26,246 nucleotides of DNA from Patescibacteria group bacterium (lineage in GTDB: Bacteria; Patescibacteriota; Minisyncoccia; Minisyncoccales; PEYH01). The translations under genes and the position numbers were made by a program. The notes below the pieces were generated by a model. It was not told where the DNA came from and made no database searches. It saw only the letters and a list, made by a program, of their open reading frames with translations. The stretch spans positions 1-26,246 of the forward strand of contig JAHIEL010000087.1 in assembly GCA_018901715.1 (NCBI GenBank), written 5' to 3'. This document shows, one piece after another, positions 17,195 to 23,832 of the stretch; within the stretch, counting starts at the first letter, position 1; the number at the start of each line of letters is the position of its first letter.

Positions 17195-18361
17195 ATGAAA
17201 GATATTAAAGATTTTCAATTACATAATAAGAAAGTCCTGGTAAGGACTGATTTTAATGTTCCGATTAATGATAAGCACGAGATTTTAGATGATTTTAAGA
17301 TTGTAAAGTCCCTTGCTACAATCAAATATTTGAAAGAGCAAGGCGCTAAAATTATTTTAATAAGCCATTTAGGCAGACCTCAAGAGAGTGAGAAAATTAG
17401 TTTAAGGCCAGTGGCGAAGAAATTAGAAGAATTGCTTGGGCAAAAAGTGGATTTTATAAACGATTGTATCGGGAGAGGCGCACAAAAGGCGATAGAGAAA
17501 CTCTCTTCCGGTGATATCATTTTGTTGGAAAATTTGAGATTTTTTTCTGGAGAAGAGCAGAATGATGAGACATTTGCTAAGCAATTAGCTGGGTTAGCTG
17601 AAATTTATATTAACGATGCTTTTGCTACTAGCCACAGGGCACATGCTTCTATCATAGGGATTCCAGAGTTTTTACCAAGTGGAGCTGGGCTTTTGTTAAA
17701 AGAGGAAATTACCACTTTATCTTCAATTATTAAAAATCCGAAACGGCCGTTGATAACAATTCTTGGTGGCGCAAAATTAGAAACAAAATTACCTTGTTTA
17801 ATGAATTTTTTGAACAAGGCCGATCATTTAATTATCGGTGGTATGCTTGCTCCGGTAATTTTGGCTATTCATAAAATATCCATAAGCGGACATCATTTTG
17901 AACAGGACTTAGAAGAAGAGGCAAAAAAGATTAAACTTACTGATCCTAAACTGCATATGCCTATTGACGCTTTAGTAGGGCTAAGGGATCATAAATTAGA
18001 TTATTTAAGACAAGCTGGAGTTGGAAAGATTAGAAATGAAGAGCAGATGTTTGATATTGGGCCAGAGAGCATAAGAATATTTTCTAATATAATTCAGGAG
18101 GCAAGCACAATAATTTGGAACGGCCCACTTGGTCTTATAGAAGACGAGAGGTTTGCTAATGGAACTTTAGCTATTGCTAGCGCTATTTTAAGGACTCCTG
18201 CTTTTTCAGTTGTCGGCGGAAGCGATACTAATGCTTTTTTGGCTAAAAATAATTTAAGAGATAAATTTGGTTATGTATCCACTGGCGGTGGAGCAATGCT
18301 TGAGTTTCTAAGTGGAAAGGAACTTCCCGGCATAAAGGCATTGGATTCAGAAAATGAATAA
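17195..18361 (+). CDS. pgk: Phosphoglycerate kinase
   Basis: VRTDFNVP, SHLGRP, LLENLRF, NDAFATSHRAHAS, WNGPLG, STGGGAMLEFLSG. Confidence 0.98.
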   Translation: MKDIKDFQLHNKKVLVRTDFNVPINDKHEILDDFKIVKSLATIKYLKEQGAKIILISHLGRPQESEKISLRPVAKKLEELLGQKVDFINDCIGRGAQKAIEKLSSGDIILLENLRFFSGEEQNDETFAKQLAGLAEIYINDAFATSHRAHASIIGIPEFLPSGAGLLLKEEITTLSSIIKNPKRPLITILGGAKLETKLPCLMNFLNKADHLIIGGMLAPVILAIHKISISGHHFEQDLEEEAKKIKLTDPKLHMPIDALVGLRDHKLDYLRQAGVGKIRNEEQMFDIGPESIRIFSNIIQEASTIIWNGPLGLIEDERFANGTLAIASAILRTPAFSVVGGSDTNAFLAKNNLRDKFGYVSTGGGAMLEFLSGKELPGIKALDSENE

Positions 18362-19556
18362 AAAACAATATTTAAAAGGAATAATTGAGGTCGCTGAAAG
18401 AACAATAAAGGCGGCGAAGAATTCTGAACAAGTTATAATTTTTGGCGATTCCGATTTAGACGGCATCGCTTCTGTTGTTATTTTAAAAGAACTTTTAGAG
18501 TTTTTAAATCCTTTATATGGAAAAGAAAATATATCAGTTTATTTTCCAAACAGAGAGATAGAGGGATACGGCTTGAGTTTTTCAGTGCTTGAGCATTTGG
18601 AAGACAGGGCGCCTGCCTTGTTATTTGTCTTAGACGCAGGGATAAGCAATTTTGAGGAAATAAAAAAAGCAAAAAAGATGGGGTTTGAAGTGATTGTGAT
18701 TGACCATCATCAAGTTTTGAAAAAATTGCCTAAAGCAGACCTTATTGTTAACCCGAAACAAAAGCAAGACAATTATCCGTTTCAGGACTTTGCTGCTGCA
18801 GGTCTTGTTTATAAGCTTGCAGAAAAAGTTTTACAAGAAAAAGAGCATCCTGATTTTTTAGAAGATCGGCTTTTAGAATTGGCTGCCTTGGCTACAATAG
18901 CTGATATGATGCCATTAGAAGGGGAGAATGGAGAGATTGTTGACCGTGGCATAGAGGCGCTTGCTACCACTCAACGACCAGGAATTTTGGCTTTAATGCA
19001 ATTGAATGATATTGATATTAATTCCGAACAAGATATTACTCAAAAGATTATTGCTCCGTTAAATACTTTTAAAATAAATAATCATATTGCTGAAAGTTAT
19101 ATCCTTCTTACTGAACCGTCTTTTCAAAAAGCCAAGAAACTGGCTCAAAAATTAATTCGCCAGACCAAAGAAAAAAAACAGGCGATTAATATGTTTGTTA
19201 GAGAATTAGAAGAAGAAATAGAAAAAAAAGATAGTAAAAAAGCTGTAATTTTTAAATATAGTAAAGCATGGAATACAGCTTACTTGGGCACAATTGCTTC
19301 CAAACTTTTAAAGCTATTTAAAAAACCGATTTTTGTCTGTAAGCAAACCGAGACAGGTGATTGTATTTGTTCTGTTCGTCTGCCAAAGCTAATGGATGGA
19401 GTTAAGGCAATGGAGACCTGTAAAGATTATTTAATAACCTACGGAGGGCATGCGCCTGCTTGCGGTTGTCGGCTAAAAGAGAAAGACCTTAATAAATTCG
19501 GTAAATGCTTAGAAAAATATTTTAAAAAATTAAAAATTGAAACTAAAAATGAGTAA
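18354..19556 (+). CDS. RecJ-like DHH/DHHA1 phosphoesterase (short form)
   Basis: GDSDLDG, EGYGL, LDAG, IDHH, TIADMMPL and GGH motifs; 400 aa, ending soon after DHHA1. Confidence 0.88.
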   Translation: MNKKQYLKGIIEVAERTIKAAKNSEQVIIFGDSDLDGIASVVILKELLEFLNPLYGKENISVYFPNREIEGYGLSFSVLEHLEDRAPALLFVLDAGISNFEEIKKAKKMGFEVIVIDHHQVLKKLPKADLIVNPKQKQDNYPFQDFAAAGLVYKLAEKVLQEKEHPDFLEDRLLELAALATIADMMPLEGENGEIVDRGIEALATTQRPGILALMQLNDIDINSEQDITQKIIAPLNTFKINNHIAESYILLTEPSFQKAKKLAQKLIRQTKEKKQAINMFVRELEEEIEKKDSKKAVIFKYSKAWNTAYLGTIASKLLKLFKKPIFVCKQTETGDCICSVRLPKLMDGVKAMETCKDYLITYGGHAPACGCRLKEKDLNKFGKCLEKYFKKLKIETKNE

Positions 19557-19983
19557 TTCTTCGGATTATATAATCTATACAGATGGAGCGTCAAAAGGAA
19601 ATCCAGGACCTGCTTCAATTGGAGTTGCTATATATAATAGTGCAGGCGTTCTTCTGAAAGAGTATTCTGAATTAATTGGAGAGACAACTAATAATGTTGC
19701 TGAATATCAAGCAGTTATTTTTGCTTTAAAAAAGCTCAAGGCCTTGTATGGAAAAAAGAATGCCAAAGAAAGTATTATATTAATTAATTCGGACTCAAAG
19801 CTTTTAGTAAAGCAGTTGAACGGAGAGTTTAGGTTAAAAGATGAGAAAATACAAAAACTTTTTATTGAGATATGGAATGAAAAAATGGATTTTAAACAAG
19901 TTTTATTTAAACAAATTCCAAGAGAAAAAAATCAATTAGCAGATAGCTTGGCAAATCAGGCGTTCGGAGGAGGGTTACTTTAA
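19549..19983 (+). CDS. rnhA: Ribonuclease HI family protein
   Basis: YTDGASKGNPG, TNNVAEY, SDSKL, REKNQLADSLAN; ATG at 19549 preferred over TTG at 19537. Confidence 0.9.
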   Translation: MSNSSDYIIYTDGASKGNPGPASIGVAIYNSAGVLLKEYSELIGETTNNVAEYQAVIFALKKLKALYGKKNAKESIILINSDSKLLVKQLNGEFRLKDEKIQKLFIEIWNEKMDFKQVLFKQIPREKNQLADSLANQAFGGGLL

Positions 19984-19996
19984 ATTTATAGTATAT

Positions 19997-20033
19997 CATC
20001 TAAAAAGCCCTCTTTTAGAGGGCTTTTTAGATG
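19997..20033. terminator. Bidirectional terminator between convergent rnhA and rnpB
   Basis: Perfect 17-bp inverted repeat CATCTAAAAAGCCCTCT-TTT-AGAGGGCTTTTTAGATG. Confidence 0.85.
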
Positions 20034-20370
20034 CCTAAGTGGCCTATAGGCCGAATTCTGTTTTAGGTGATCATCTATCTAGGCCAAGAGTTACCCCTTG
20101 GCTCGTGCGAGCTACTATATTTGCTCTTGCACCCGGGCAAGGATTTAGCCGTTTCACTCCTTGGGTTTCCCCAAAGATTCACCCCGCACATAAATTATGT
20201 GCTGGGTGCCTTTTAGCTTTCGCTTCAAGGCGTCACTGTTCGCACCTCTATCGTCACCGACGACGGGAGTTACCCGCTGCCTGTGTCAAAAAAGACAGGG
20301 TGTTCGGACCTTCCTCTCATTATCAACGCAAAGCGTTGACAAAGAGCGATCGCCTCGGCTACTTAGGCAT
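20031..20370 (-). ncRNA. rnpB: RNase P RNA
   Basis: P1 AUGCCUAAGU/ACUUAGGCAU; P4 halves GAGGAAGGUCCGAAC and ACAGAAUUCGGC; conserved regions GUGCGAACAGUGA and GUGAAACGG; UAGAUAGAUGAUC. Confidence 0.96.
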
Positions 20371-20374
20371 TTTT

Positions 20375-20402
20375 ATTATATCAAAAATATGGGTTTTGTC
20401 AA
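20375..20402 (-). promoter_or_regulatory. rnpB promoter
   Basis: TTGACA-N16-TATAAT with extended TG on the - strand, just upstream of P1. Confidence 0.85.
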
Positions 20403-20434
20403 TAAGAAGCAGGCGCGGCCGAAGCGGCGCCTGC
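20401..20434 (-). terminator. Intrinsic terminator of the deoxynucleoside kinase gene
   Basis: On the - strand: GCAGGCGC-CGCTTCGGCC-GCGCCTGC then TTCTTATT. Confidence 0.75.
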
Positions 20435-20442
20435 AATAGGGA

Positions 20443-21198
20443 TTAAAGGAGGAGTCGGCTGGTTACCGGAAGCTTGGACTGGATTGCTTCAATTAGTTCA
20501 TCGGTTTGCCATTCCCGATTTCCATCCAGGCGTAGAACTGGAACCCTGATTTTACTGGCATCCAATTCTTCGGAAAGAGGATCGCCTTGCCTCAAGAATC
20601 CGTCGCTTAGAACGAGCAAAGGAGCACAGCCATCGTCGTTGATGAGCCATTGTTTATGGAGCACCTCTAACCTCTTCAGATACTGTAGCTGGATTTTTTT
20701 GATCTCTTCGTCGCGTTCTCTCTCAGGCATTCTTTCCATGCACTCTTCGGATGCTGTGTCGTAAAAAACGAAGAGGTCAGGGGTGTCGATTTTCCCCTGC
20801 ATAATAGCCAGAGCCCAGAGTTGACGATAGAGCATATGTTCCTTTGGGCTCATATCCCCGGATCGGTAACAGTTGAATGCAAAGACATTGTAGTCGCAGA
20901 ACACAGAGCGTTCAAGAATGACCTGGCTGTGATCGGTTTTAGCTAAAACCTCAGCCCAGTTCTTGGCTCTGGTTATGAAAGCAGCTGTTTGGAAAGTGTA
21001 AGCCGCCCTCTCCATATCTTCATAAAACCAATCTAGAAGATTAACTGTTTCTCCTCCTGGAAGAGGGAAGTTTCTCCAGAGAGTGACTGGCTCTTCGATG
21101 AAGTCGAATAGTTCGGATTTTGCCAATCTACGACCAATTGTGCTCTTGCCTGCGGCGATGATGCCTTCGAGTAATATCATGGTTCTATCTCCCTTCAT
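20443..21198 (-). CDS. Deoxynucleoside kinase (dCK/dGK/TK2-like family)
   Basis: P-loop LEGIIAAGKST, EEPV..W, YTFQ, ERSVFCD..VF, LID-like ERERDEE, YLKRL..LHKQWL; SD AAGGAGG 7 nt before ATG 21198 (alternative ATG 21180 with AAGGGAG). Confidence 0.93.
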   Translation of the reverse strand: MKGDRTMILLEGIIAAGKSTIGRRLAKSELFDFIEEPVTLWRNFPLPGGETVNLLDWFYEDMERAAYTFQTAAFITRAKNWAEVLAKTDHSQVILERSVFCDYNVFAFNCYRSGDMSPKEHMLYRQLWALAIMQGKIDTPDLFVFYDTASEECMERMPERERDEEIKKIQLQYLKRLEVLHKQWLINDDGCAPLLVLSDGFLRQGDPLSEELDASKIRVPVLRLDGNREWQTDELIEAIQSKLPVTSRLLL

Positions 21199-21256
21199 TC
21201 GGGAACCTCCTTAGGTTGGGTAGTGTGCAGATTAAACCTGTGTGTCAGTTTAAGTT

Positions 21257-21285
21257 ATCCTATTTCTTTCATCTCAAATAGTCAA
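21257..21285 (-). promoter_or_regulatory. Putative sigma70 promoter of the dNK gene
   Basis: TTGACT-N17-TAGGAT on the - strand. Confidence 0.6.
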
Positions 21286-21336
21286 GTTAGCCATAACTTT
21301 AAACGCAACTATAGATGTTTAACATCTACACAATAT

Positions 21337-21376
21337 CCAGTCCGAGACCCGTTCTCGGGCCGAGAACGGGTCTCGT
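21337..21376. repeat. 40-bp direct repeat 1 containing palindrome family copy D
   Basis: CCAGTC-CGAGACCCGTTCTCGG-G-CCGAGAACGGGTCTCG-T; perfect 33-bp palindrome at 21343-21375; 39/40 identical to 21802-21841. Confidence 0.95.
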
Positions 21377-21379
21377 GTT

Positions 21380-21398
21380 TTGGAAACCAGGTTTCCAA
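21380..21398. repeat. Perfect 19-bp palindrome TTGGAAACC-A-GGTTTCCAA
   Basis: Exact reverse complement of 3356-3374. Confidence 0.85.
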
Positions 21399-21418
21399 CG
21401 GCTGATAGATAATTAAAA

Positions 21419-21447
21419 TTGACATTCTTATAATGAGGTGTTATTTT
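21419..21447 (+). promoter_or_regulatory. Putative sigma70 promoter of the 83-aa ORF
   Basis: TTGACA-N17-TATTTT with extended TG; SD AAGGAG at 21470-21475. Confidence 0.55.
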
Positions 21448-21482
21448 TATTATAGAACTTTATCCGCTTAAGGAGTGAGAAT

Positions 21483-21734
21483 ATGCAAGATATCCGATTT
21501 GAAACAGTAGCAGAGTGCCGACCTCATGTTGGAGAACCGATAGAAGTCACAGTAACGATAATTCGAGATGGCAAAGGAGCCATTATTGGCTGTGATAAGA
21601 CAAGAAAGATCACGCGAAGCAGAACTCAAATTCGGTTTGATATGTTTTCCGGTACAGCTTATCTTATTCTTGATAGGCACAGTTCCTCTGCTAGACGAGA
21701 TCAGTTATACAAAGATCTCGGAGGCGAGTCATAA
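21483..21734 (+). CDS. Hypothetical 83-aa orphan protein
   Basis: SD 7 nt upstream, own promoter and terminator, GC above background; no recognised motif. Confidence 0.7.
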   Translation: MQDIRFETVAECRPHVGEPIEVTVTIIRDGKGAIIGCDKTRKITRSRTQIRFDMFSGTAYLILDRHSSSARRDQLYKDLGGES

Positions 21735-21747
21735 TGGCGCTAATCTT

Positions 21748-21786
21748 GGGACGAGCACAATCACGCTCGTCCCGCTCTTTTTTTTT
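21748..21786 (+). terminator. Intrinsic terminator of the 83-aa ORF
   Basis: GGGACGAGC-ACAATCAC-GCTCGTCCC followed by GCTC and T9. Confidence 0.85.
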
Positions 21787-21801
21787 GCGATAAAGATCAA
21801 C

Positions 21802-21841
21802 CCAGTCCGAGACCCGTTCTCTGGCCGAGAACGGGTCTCGT
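21802..21841. repeat. 40-bp direct repeat 2 containing palindrome family copy E
   Basis: CCAGTC-CGAGACCCGTTCTC-TGGCC-GAGAACGGGTCTCG-T; flanked by TTTTTGCGATAAAGAT at 21782-21797 and 21843-21858. Confidence 0.95.
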
Positions 21842-21878
21842 CTTTTTGCGATAAAGATATTTATGATATAATAGTCAA

Positions 21879-23564
21879 ATGATTAGAAAGGTTTTCAGCA
21901 AAACAACCAATACTATTACTGCAGCTGCTTATGTGTTAGCTGTTTCTAGTATTGTGAGCACTCTACTCGGTCTTTTGCGCGATAGAATGTTGGCTGGCAG
22001 ATTTGGGGCAGGTCAGGAATTAGATATTTATTATGCTGCTTTCAGAATTCCGAATTTAGTTTATGGACTTTTGGTTTCTGGTGGGATAATCGCTGCTTTT
22101 TTGCCTGTTTTTTCTCAATATATTGAAAAAGATAGAAAAAAAGCATGGGAACTTACAAGCAATAGTTTAAATGTTTTTTTATTGTTTTCAATTATAATAT
22201 GCGGGCTTTTATTTCTTTTTGCTCCATATTTAATAAGATTTATAGTGCCCGGATTTAGTCCAGAGAATAGAGAACTAACAGTGCTTTTAACAAGAATAAT
22301 GTTTTTAAGCCCTATATTTTTTGGGGTTTCAAATATTTTCGCTAGTATTTTGCAATATTATAATCATTTTATTGTTTTTGCGTTGTCTCCGATTTTCTAT
22401 AATTTAGGCATTATATTCGGCATTCTCTTTTTAGCTCCAAGGTTTGGAGTAATTGGTTTGGCAATGGGTGTTGTTGTAGGCGCACTTTTCCATTGGTTAA
22501 TTCAGATACCAAGCGCTGTGATGCACGGATTTAGATATAAACCAATTTTTAATTTAAAATCTAAGGGATTGAAAGAGATAGTCCGGCTTATGATTCCTAG
22601 AACTTTAAACTCAATTGCCACTCATTTCAACTTAATTGTGGTAACAGCTATTGCCTCCACTCTTGGAGTGGGCAACATTACTATCTTCAATTTTTCAGAA
22701 CACTTAAGAGCAATACCTATCCATGTTGTTGGGGCTTCTTTTGCTGTGGCTTCTTATCCTTTTTTGGCAAGGGCTTGGGCAAACAGAGAAAAAGAAAAGT
22801 TTTTATCAAGCATTTCCATTACTTTCAGACAAACAATGTTTTTGGCAATTCCAATAAGTTTTCTTTTATTTTTTTTGAGAGGGCAGATTGTAAGAATATT
22901 TTTAGGCACAGGCAAGTTTGGCTGGATTGAAACCCGCCTGACAGCCGCTTCTTTGGGTTTGTTTGTTATAGGAATTCTTGCTTTTTGTCTGATTCCATTT
23001 TTAGCAAGAATTTTTTATTCTTTGCATAATACAAAGACCCCTCTTTTGATAAGCTTAATTACTCTGCCTATTTCTGTGTTATTCTCGTTTTCTTTTGTAT
23101 GGCTTTTTAAATTTGATAATGTTTTTTATAGATTTTTTGCAAATATTTTAAACTTAAAAGATATTGAAAATATTGCTGTAATTGGTTTGCCATTGGCCGT
23201 GTCTTTAGCAGCTATTTTTCAGGCAATATTGCTTTTGCTCTTTTTAAAGAGAAGGATAACTGATTTTCCATTAAAAGAAATATCTTTATCTTTTAAAAAG
23301 ATTCTTTTAGCCGGCGCCTTAATGTGCGGAGTTGTTTATTTATCTTTGTTTTTAATCTCTATAGGTTTTAATGTTCTAACAGTACAAGGTGTTTTGATTC
23401 AGACCATAGTCGCTGCCTTAGCAGGTATTTTATCTTATTGGTTTTTTGGTTTTTTGCTTAAGATAGAAGAACTTAAATATTTTCATATAAAAATGTGTTC
23501 AATTCTAAAAAAGAAAGAGCTTTCTATCCCAAGCGCTGATGCAATAAACGAAGAAGTGAATTAA
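21879..23564 (+). CDS. murJ: Lipid II flippase MurJ (MviN)
   Basis: LGLLRDRMLAGRFGAG..DIYYAAFRIPN, AAFLPVF, FYNLGII, HWLIQIP, RIFYSLHNTKTP; about 14 TM segments. Confidence 0.96.
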   Translation: MIRKVFSKTTNTITAAAYVLAVSSIVSTLLGLLRDRMLAGRFGAGQELDIYYAAFRIPNLVYGLLVSGGIIAAFLPVFSQYIEKDRKKAWELTSNSLNVFLLFSIIICGLLFLFAPYLIRFIVPGFSPENRELTVLLTRIMFLSPIFFGVSNIFASILQYYNHFIVFALSPIFYNLGIIFGILFLAPRFGVIGLAMGVVVGALFHWLIQIPSAVMHGFRYKPIFNLKSKGLKEIVRLMIPRTLNSIATHFNLIVVTAIASTLGVGNITIFNFSEHLRAIPIHVVGASFAVASYPFLARAWANREKEKFLSSISITFRQTMFLAIPISFLLFFLRGQIVRIFLGTGKFGWIETRLTAASLGLFVIGILAFCLIPFLARIFYSLHNTKTPLLISLITLPISVLFSFSFVWLFKFDNVFYRFFANILNLKDIENIAVIGLPLAVSLAAIFQAILLLLFLKRRITDFPLKEISLSFKKILLAGALMCGVVYLSLFLISIGFNVLTVQGVLIQTIVAALAGILSYWFFGFLLKIEELKYFHIKMCSILKKKELSIPSADAINEEVN

Positions 23565-23604
23565 CATAGTTTTGAAAATTTATAAGAAATTGTGGATTTT
23601 TTGC

Positions 23605-23633
23605 TTGACAAAGATATTTTAACCGGGTATTAT
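23605..23633 (+). promoter_or_regulatory. Putative sigma70 promoter in the murJ-lepA gap
   Basis: TTGACA-N17-TATTAT, about 200 nt upstream of lepA. Confidence 0.65.
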
Positions 23634-23712
23634 AATAATACCTAGTTGTTTTTTCCTGGATCTACTTCGGCGGGGTGACCTTCTTCCCCGCCGATCCAGG
23701 ATAATCTGGGTA

Positions 23713-23740
23713 TAGCACATAGCACACAGCTCACAGCACA
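23713..23740. repeat. Heptamer tandem repeat (YAGCWCA)x4
   Basis: TAGCACA TAGCACA CAGCTCA CAGCACA. Confidence 0.85.
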
Positions 23741-23832
23741 CTTTTGATTCAAATCTTTTTTTGAGTGCGGACACATTTTGTGCCCGCTTTCTTGTCGCAA
23801 AAACTTAGTTTTTCTGTTAGAATGAATTTATT

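Noticed and set aside
20039-20446. 135-aa + strand ORF (and the 80-aa ORF at 20197..20439)
   Set aside because: Antisense to rnpB; these open frames are a by-product of the GC-rich structured RNA.
469-20764. Short ORFs nested in or antisense to long genes (e.g. 469..678, 2712..2942, 8736..8993, 11289..11687, 16469..16750, 20474..20764; also 24874..25098)
   Set aside because: Shadow frames of well-supported genes with no independent signals.
21312-21328. TAGATGTT-T-AACATCTA palindrome
   Set aside because: Single AT-rich copy with no second occurrence seen; it may be an operator but has no further support.
21337-21841. CRISPR array interpretation of the 40-bp repeats
   Set aside because: Only two copies, separated by 425 bp containing a gene, and no cas genes.
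21337-21841. Classical integron attC sites
   Set aside because: No RYYYAAC/GTTRRRY boxes, stems too short and too perfect, and no intI in the window.
21568-21882. 104-aa + strand ORF (and 21468..21680 on the - strand, 21223..21405 on the + strand)
   Set aside because: These cross terminators or repeats or overlap the better-supported 83-aa gene, which has a promoter, SD and terminator.
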